IMG/VR virus record: IMGVR_UViG_3300017940_000554
Location: 4,429 to 68,428 of that record
DNA: 64,000 nucleotides
Strand: one strand, 5' to 3'
DNA from: a virus
The notes beneath the pieces are model-generated. The model searched no databases. It saw nothing but the letters and a program-made list of their open reading frames with translations, and had not been told where the DNA came from. Below are positions 58,391 to 64,000 of the stretch, one piece after another (position 1 is the stretch's first letter; every line of letters begins with the position of its first letter). A program made the position numbers and the translations under genes.

Positions 58391-59323
58391 CGCGTCTCCT
58401 TTATTGGTAGAGTCCCAGCTCGGCAAACTCGCGCTCCGCAAATTCTCTGGCTTGAGGACTGAGCTTGGCCAGCAACTTGCGCCGATTTTCCGCCTGTGCT
58501 TCCTTCTCTTGGCGTGCTTCTTCCGCCCAGCACGTTTCCTGATCACCTGGAGAGGTTTTCTTTTTTCGTGGCATTGCGGTTTCCTCGACGCGTATTCTAG
58601 CAGCAGGAGAACGGCTTTGAGAGACAAATTGAACGCATTTTTTGCTTCTCCCCTACGAACTACTTGGCTCCATTCGGCACCAATCTCCGTGTATGTGCGT
58701 AAAGGATTTCACATTGGTTCTGACGGCAAGTTCCGTCATTATCTCGATATTGCCAATATTGAAGTGGAAGCTTCCTGCCGCAGGCAAGGCCACTTCAAAA
58801 GATTTCTCGCGCTCTGCCAGCAGATCCAACCCTACAACGGCATCAAGGTTGAAAACGTTTTGGCGGATTCCCTCTACCATTATCTCCACCACCTCACCGG
58901 GGAAGATTCCCACTGGACAGAACGTGGTATGGATTTTCTTTGGGAAAAGTGACCCTAAAAATCGTGGAGGATAAATTTGACAAGGACTTGGTGGCTGTTT
59001 AGCTTTAATGCGTTTTACGTTTCAACCGATGCAGCAATTCTGCCACCTTCCAGGTAAGTGAGTCCGTTGCTTTCCAGAAATTTTCTTCCTTCCAGCTGGC
59101 ATAATCACCGTCGCCGTTGCCTGCTTCAGCTATGCACAACATAGAGAGAATAAGTTCCAATTCTTTTTTTGTAAACTGAATGCGATTCATAAAAACCTCC
59201 TACTTGTATATGTACAAGTAAGAGAACATTCTGAGCGCCGAACGACGAGATTTTCAAAAATCTCGTTCAGTAAACTTCGTCTATAAGTGATCTATATTCC
59301 ATGGCCGCAATTCGATAAAGGCT

Positions 59324-59400
59324 TGGTGACCCCGGCTGGGATCGAACCAGCGACTAACGGTTTAGGAAACCGCTACTCTATCCAACTGAGTTACGGGGTC
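59324..59400 (-). tRNA. tRNA-Arg(CCT)
   Basis: Full cloverleaf with encoded CCA; loop TTCCTAA. Confidence 0.9.
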
Positions 59401-59444
59401 ACGTTCATTCCCGTTCTTTTTAGGATAACAAGATCTTGAAGATT

Positions 59445-59666
59445 TTAAGCACTCCGCTGGCGGTCTTTCAGATTGATAATATCAGCGTCGTGCCGGCCCA
59501 AGTCGCGATAGAATTGCGACAAATCGGCCTGCATTCGATCAAGACGAGCATCTACAGCAGTGAAGCGATTGTCCATCGCACTAAACCGCGCATTGTTCAG
59601 GAAGATCCCCACCAGAACCAACAACGAGGGGATACCGATGCTCAAGGCTAATTGCAGGTTCGTCAT
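59445..59666 (-). CDS. small membrane-anchored coiled-coil protein
   Basis: MTNLQLALSIGIPSLLVLVGIFLNNARF... Confidence 0.55.
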   Translation of the reverse strand: MTNLQLALSIGIPSLLVLVGIFLNNARFSAMDNRFTAVDARLDRMQADLSQFYRDLGRHDADIINLKDRQRSA

Positions 59667-59925
59667 GCGCGTAATTATACCATATTCCACCAAAAAACCC
59701 CGGCCTGAGCCGAGGTCTGAATCTTAAAATGCATCTTGCAGCCCAAACCCTGAAATACGCTTCCCCTCATTACCCGCTTTTTGGCGAACAACGATCACGT
59801 ATTTCAAAAGTCTGGGCTGCAAGAGCACACCGAATGGAGATGAGATTACCGTACTCTGCCCGTTTTCCACTGTCAAGATTTCCCTACAAAATTTAACAAA
59901 CGGTGCAAAGTAGACGCACATCGTG

Positions 59926-60300
59926 TCATTCCAACTTCAACCAATCAAAAAAATTGGAAACACAGGCAATTTCGGTTTGGTACTCCGCAACGAGCCGATT
60001 CTCCTCCAAAAAGGATGGAATGATCTGAACCAGTTCTGAAACCTTCGGGCATTGCATCCCCGGTACGCGGCCAAAGGCTCCACAAATCCAGGGACGCACG
60101 GCATAAATCGCGCAGCGATGGCTAGACATATCAAGGAAGCGACAGTCCCCAATATCCCGTTCTTGCGCCGCCAGGCGCTTCCGTGCGGCTTTTGGCATCG
60201 TCTGGACGTATGCCTTGATCTTTTCTAGCCGATCACGGCTAAGCGCCACCGGGCCGCAGCAAAGAGCCGTGCAGGAAGAACATGGAAGCGTTTGAAGCAA
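59926..60300 (-). CDS. YkgJ-family CxxCxxCC protein
   Basis: CSSCTALCC, CRFLD, CAIYAVRPWIC. Confidence 0.75.
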   Translation of the reverse strand: MLQTLPCSSCTALCCGPVALSRDRLEKIKAYVQTMPKAARKRLAAQERDIGDCRFLDMSSHRCAIYAVRPWICGAFGRVPGMQCPKVSELVQIIPSFLEENRLVAEYQTEIACVSNFFDWLKLE

Positions 60301-62047
60301 GCCAGGCTCCTACTCTTCTTCTTCATAGCAAATGCAATCCTCCACACCGCAAACGGTGCTTCCCCGTCTATCAATGTCCCTTGTTCAGCACTTCCGGTGG
60401 AATCTCGCACAGCATTTCTTTTCTCCAGACTTCGGTACGCAGCATCAACAGTGTCTTTTCTGAAAAACTTCGCGCCACATCGCAGGTAAGCAGCATGAGC
60501 ACTTCCGTGTTTCCACAACAAGCTTCCAACAGAATCCGGTCCGCCATCGCTACTGCTTTGCGAACCACTTCATCGCGTACTTGATCAAATGCTTCCATCT
60601 CTTCCGTCTTCATTGCATCCTCTTTGGTGGTGCTGCATACTCTTCGCCAAGGATGTCCGGGCCTTCCATCTTCACATCGATCTTTCTGAACGCACGCGTG
60701 ATCGTTTCTGCCATCGCCCGCGCAAACACTGCCTCATCCATCACCGTCGGTGCCGTGATGTAAAAAAGATAGCCGGCAGGATTTTCTCTGCGCACAATCT
60801 CCACCGTCACCATCTGTGTGCCTTTTTCCGTTTCCAGCTTATCAATGATCCTGCGCAAACGGCGGATCTCATCTTCGGCCGTATCTTCAAACAACTGCAT
60901 CGGTCACCTCTGGAAAACCACGCTCCCGTATTTGTTCTGGATCAATGCCGTGCAACGCAATGTAATGGCGCGGCACCAGCCAGCTTCGAGCCCCATACGT
61001 AACCGTGACGTTCTCTCCCAGCTCGTCTACCAGCTTCTGTACCATTTTCTCGATGATTTTGCTTTGATAGTGCAATGGCTTGCCACACGCACACATCGGA
61101 ACCACATCTGTCTCGGAATTCATGGGCGTAATTTTACCTCAAATTCCCTTTGTGCGCTCTTTGATCCGTGCCAATTCAAATTTTACAAAGAGCTTATCTC
61201 CCAAGTCCTTGCGAAGCATCGAACCCTGATGTATAAATCCGGCAAAAGTGATTTCGTCCAGCTGTGCATAGCAGTCAAGACAAACGCACGGAATCTTACG
61301 CTCGCGCGCGTAAATCAAGCTGCCACGCGTGGGCCAGACCATAGCGCCACACTGCGAACAAACGTCCTTATCAGCATTCAACATAGGAACAGAACCGCAA
61401 ACAAGAAACATCGGTTGATCTTCTTTTTTTTTCGCAGTCTTCATCTTGCTCCTATCGTGGCATAGGCACGAATTTGGGTATCCACTCTGTGCCACACATC
61501 TTTTTCAATTCCGCCAGTACCAACTTCCGCCTTCGCCCCCGCTCGCCGTCCGACGTCATGTCGGTGGCATAATAAAAAACCAGGTAAACAATCTGTGAGA
61601 AAGACAATAGGAGATCGGTCCATCGATGCGGAGTTGCCAAAAGCTCAAATCCGGCAATACAAACAAAAATGACCTGCAGCACAATCCGGACTCCCGGATA
61701 GAATCGGGATCTCTGCCATAATTTCCTCACAGCGGCTGGACGTCGATGAAGGCCCCACATCAAGCCTCCCATAGAAAATGAACAAGCAATCTTGACAAGC
61801 AGTATGTCTAACTTCCAATCCGAAGGTATTAAATACAAAAATATGTACAACGCAATCATGCCCTGTTCCGCACGCTCCTGACTGATCGATAACCACTCTT
61901 CCAGCCAAAGCATCAGCGCTTCCACTCTGTGGAAACACCACTGGTCGTAATGGGAGATCCAATACATGGGCGCAATTATAGCGTGGAAAACGGCCAAGAG
62001 GACGGGAACTTGAAGCTTTTCCAACTTGGCCATTTTCCAGCAAATCT

Positions 62048-62386
62048 CTATTTTCTTTTCAGCTGCTGGAACCACCTCGGTGGCCACGTCGCATATCCTC
62101 TGGTCCAGCGGCTTTCCTTCCAGAGTCCTTGAAGAACCTCCTGGTGCGTCTGCCAATCAGAATGGCTCGGCAGCATCAGGAATTGTGCTCCATCCCGGCC
62201 CCAATCGTATGTATCGTTCCACGAGCATTCATATTTGTGCGGCACCAGCGCGCTGTCGTAGTCCGTCAGCGTCTTCAGCCATTGGTTCTGTTTTCGCCGC
62301 ACATTACGGCGTGCGGTCGTTTTATCCAGGTTTGCGCTATCGCCTCCAGCAATAGCGGAGTACGGACGCCGTCTCGATCTGCTCAT
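62048..62386 (-). CDS. hypothetical basic protein
   Basis: MSRSRRRPY...DWGRDG. Confidence 0.5.
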   Translation of the reverse strand: MSRSRRRPYSAIAGGDSANLDKTTARRNVRRKQNQWLKTLTDYDSALVPHKYECSWNDTYDWGRDGAQFLMLPSHSDWQTHQEVLQGLWKESRWTRGYATWPPRWFQQLKRK

Positions 62387-62673
62387 GCTTCGGTGATCCT
62401 TTGGTCACTTACGTCATGGCAAACCTCCTTTCAAAAACTACTTTCCATTATCGATTTTTCGTCATTTTATTGAGTTGATCCGACGTAGGATCAAATCTCC
62501 AGTGCTTTTTGACAATAGGATTCGCAATACTGGCTTCCTGTTGCCGATCAGGATATTTGCCGCTTCGCATTAAAGTGGTCATTTCAACCGCTTCAACTTG
62601 GTTTTCCCCAAATTCCCCAATTGCTTCTTCTCTTGTCATCCACACAAGTTGCATTGTGCATCCTTTCAACTTT

Positions 62674-62750
62674 TGGTGGAGCCCGCGGGTCTCGAACCCG
62701 CCACCTCCTGGGTGCAGGCCAGGTGCTCTCCCAACATGAGCTAGAGCCCC
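62674..62750 (-). tRNA. tRNA-Ala(TGC)
   Basis: G3:U70 pair, encoded CCA; unusual C33. Confidence 0.85.
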
Positions 62751-63000
62751 ACTTCTGTTACATCTTCCAGATGATCCCATTCTTTTTGCGTCAACGGGTA
62801 TTTGTCCAAGTAAAGCGAAACTGTACAGCAAACCCCGCCGCTATGATTGCCGCAGTGGCCCTCCGGATCATCAACTGCACAGAGATCATATCCAAACTCC
62901 TCATCGTCCAGGTGGCAGGATTCACAGCATGCGGGAATCTCTTCGGCAGGGCGCAGTTGACGGATTTTCCAGCAGCTCACATACATACTCTTACCGATCC

Positions 63001-63075
63001 TGGGGTGCAGGGCGGGATTCGAACCCGCGTAAACCAGTGCCACAGACTGGCGCCTGACCACTCGGCCACCCGCAC
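63001..63075 (-). tRNA. tRNA-His(GTG)
   Basis: Cloverleaf, loop CTGTGGC, C73 discriminator, CCA. Confidence 0.85.
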
Positions 63076-63243
63076 TCATCCAAACCTTTTTTTGTGTGCT
63101 TCTTGGATCGCCCAACCGGGCCATGGTCTCGTATCCTCTGCGTAGATCCACCGCACCCACAGCATCTGGATGTACTGTTTGCTGCGCAGAAATTTTTGAG
63201 TTTGTTTCACATGTCCCCCGTGGCTCCGCATCAAGAATCAATA

Positions 63244-63269
63244 AAAAATCCCCTGGCCTGGGCCAGGGG
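63244..63269 (-). terminator. rho-independent terminator
   Basis: CCCCTGGCC-CA-GGCCAGGGG followed by ATTTTTT. Confidence 0.55.
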
Positions 63270-63459
63270 TGCGAGAGTAGCAGCTATTTGGCCAATTACG
63301 CGAAGACACCCCACGCAAAAGAGGTCTGTGCAGTTTGCGCGGTCAATGCCACATTTTTGGCCCGGGTCGTTATGGCAGCAGAATAGCCTTTTCATAAAGG
63401 GGAGTCAACCCAATTTTTTCAATTCCAGATTTTTTTGATCGCGCTTCTGTTCCTCAAAA

Positions 63460-63624
63460 GCATTGCATGCAGCCACTGCCAGCGCATCCTGTCACAACGC
63501 TCTGCTCAGTCAAGGCGAAGCCGCTTAGCCCCACCGCAGGGCATTGCATGCAGCAGACTTTCCCAGCGGTTGCCACAACCAATCGCCCAGTCAAGGCGAA
63601 GCCCCTTAGCCCCACCGCAGGTGG
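63460..63624 (-). repeat. two tandem ~81-nt structured repeat units without adjacent CRISPR array
   Basis: Reverse complement of the units at 31841 and 24114. Confidence 0.85.
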
Positions 63625-63956
63625 TCGAGCGGCAGCGAGACTTCATCGACGGAGCTACTCTTTCTCGCCTACATACTGCCTGACCAAGGCTTTTCTGACC
63701 GGTACTGCGCGGCCCCCGCAAGAGCCGAGCCTAGTTGTAAGATGTTTCCCAGTCGCCCCTTGGTGGACTCCAAGCCGCTCGAACTCGATAGAAGGTTGTC
63801 GGTCTTTCCCGACTGCCATCGGCCCAACTGTTCCACCGGCATTCCTGAACTGGTCGTGTGCGCACTTCTTCAGATTGCACTTGAAACCAGCAGTTCCCGA
63901 ATTGTTCGGTCAGCCGTTCAGGGATGCGCCGCCGCAACCCATCAATCCCAATTCAT

Positions 63957-64000
63957 TGGACGCGGAGGCAGGATTTGAACCTGCGATCTCTAGATTATGA
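63957..64000 (-). tRNA. tRNA with CAT anticodon (Met/Ile2), partial at window edge
   Basis: TCATAA loop, GGTTCAAATCC T arm, CCA. Confidence 0.75.

Overview
The window looks like most of a large temperate tailed-phage genome. The host is possibly an Acidobacterium (inference only). 1-13 kb (- strand) holds head and packaging genes: major capsid, scaffold, P22-like portal, large terminase and a PAPS-reductase-like gene. 13.9-24 kb (+ strand) is an early/accessory gene run punctuated by a repeated intergenic motif; it includes DUF932, a DUF4121-like gene, a methyltransferase, a GGDEF protein, a resolvase and a hammerhead ribozyme. 26.8-63 kb (mostly - strand) carries replication, recombination and modification genes, a P4-type integrase with an attP-like region, and tRNAs. 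The main find is a Cas12m-like (type V-M) effector with a non-canonical RuvC-I (Asp to Glu) and no cas1/cas2 in the window. It is served by four dispersed array segments sharing one 37-bp repeat family (about 48 spacers). Several spacers translate into conserved motifs of cellular proteins (RlmI, ParA, SEC-C, GT4), suggesting a phage-borne CRISPRi aimed at host genes. Further unexplained RNA-level features are an ~81-nt structured repeat abutting two arrays and also found in-frame in a methyltransferase gene, a permuted tRNA-like (YrlA-like) RNA, and a thrice-repeated structured late leader. All family assignments were made by eye from motifs; no database searches were run.
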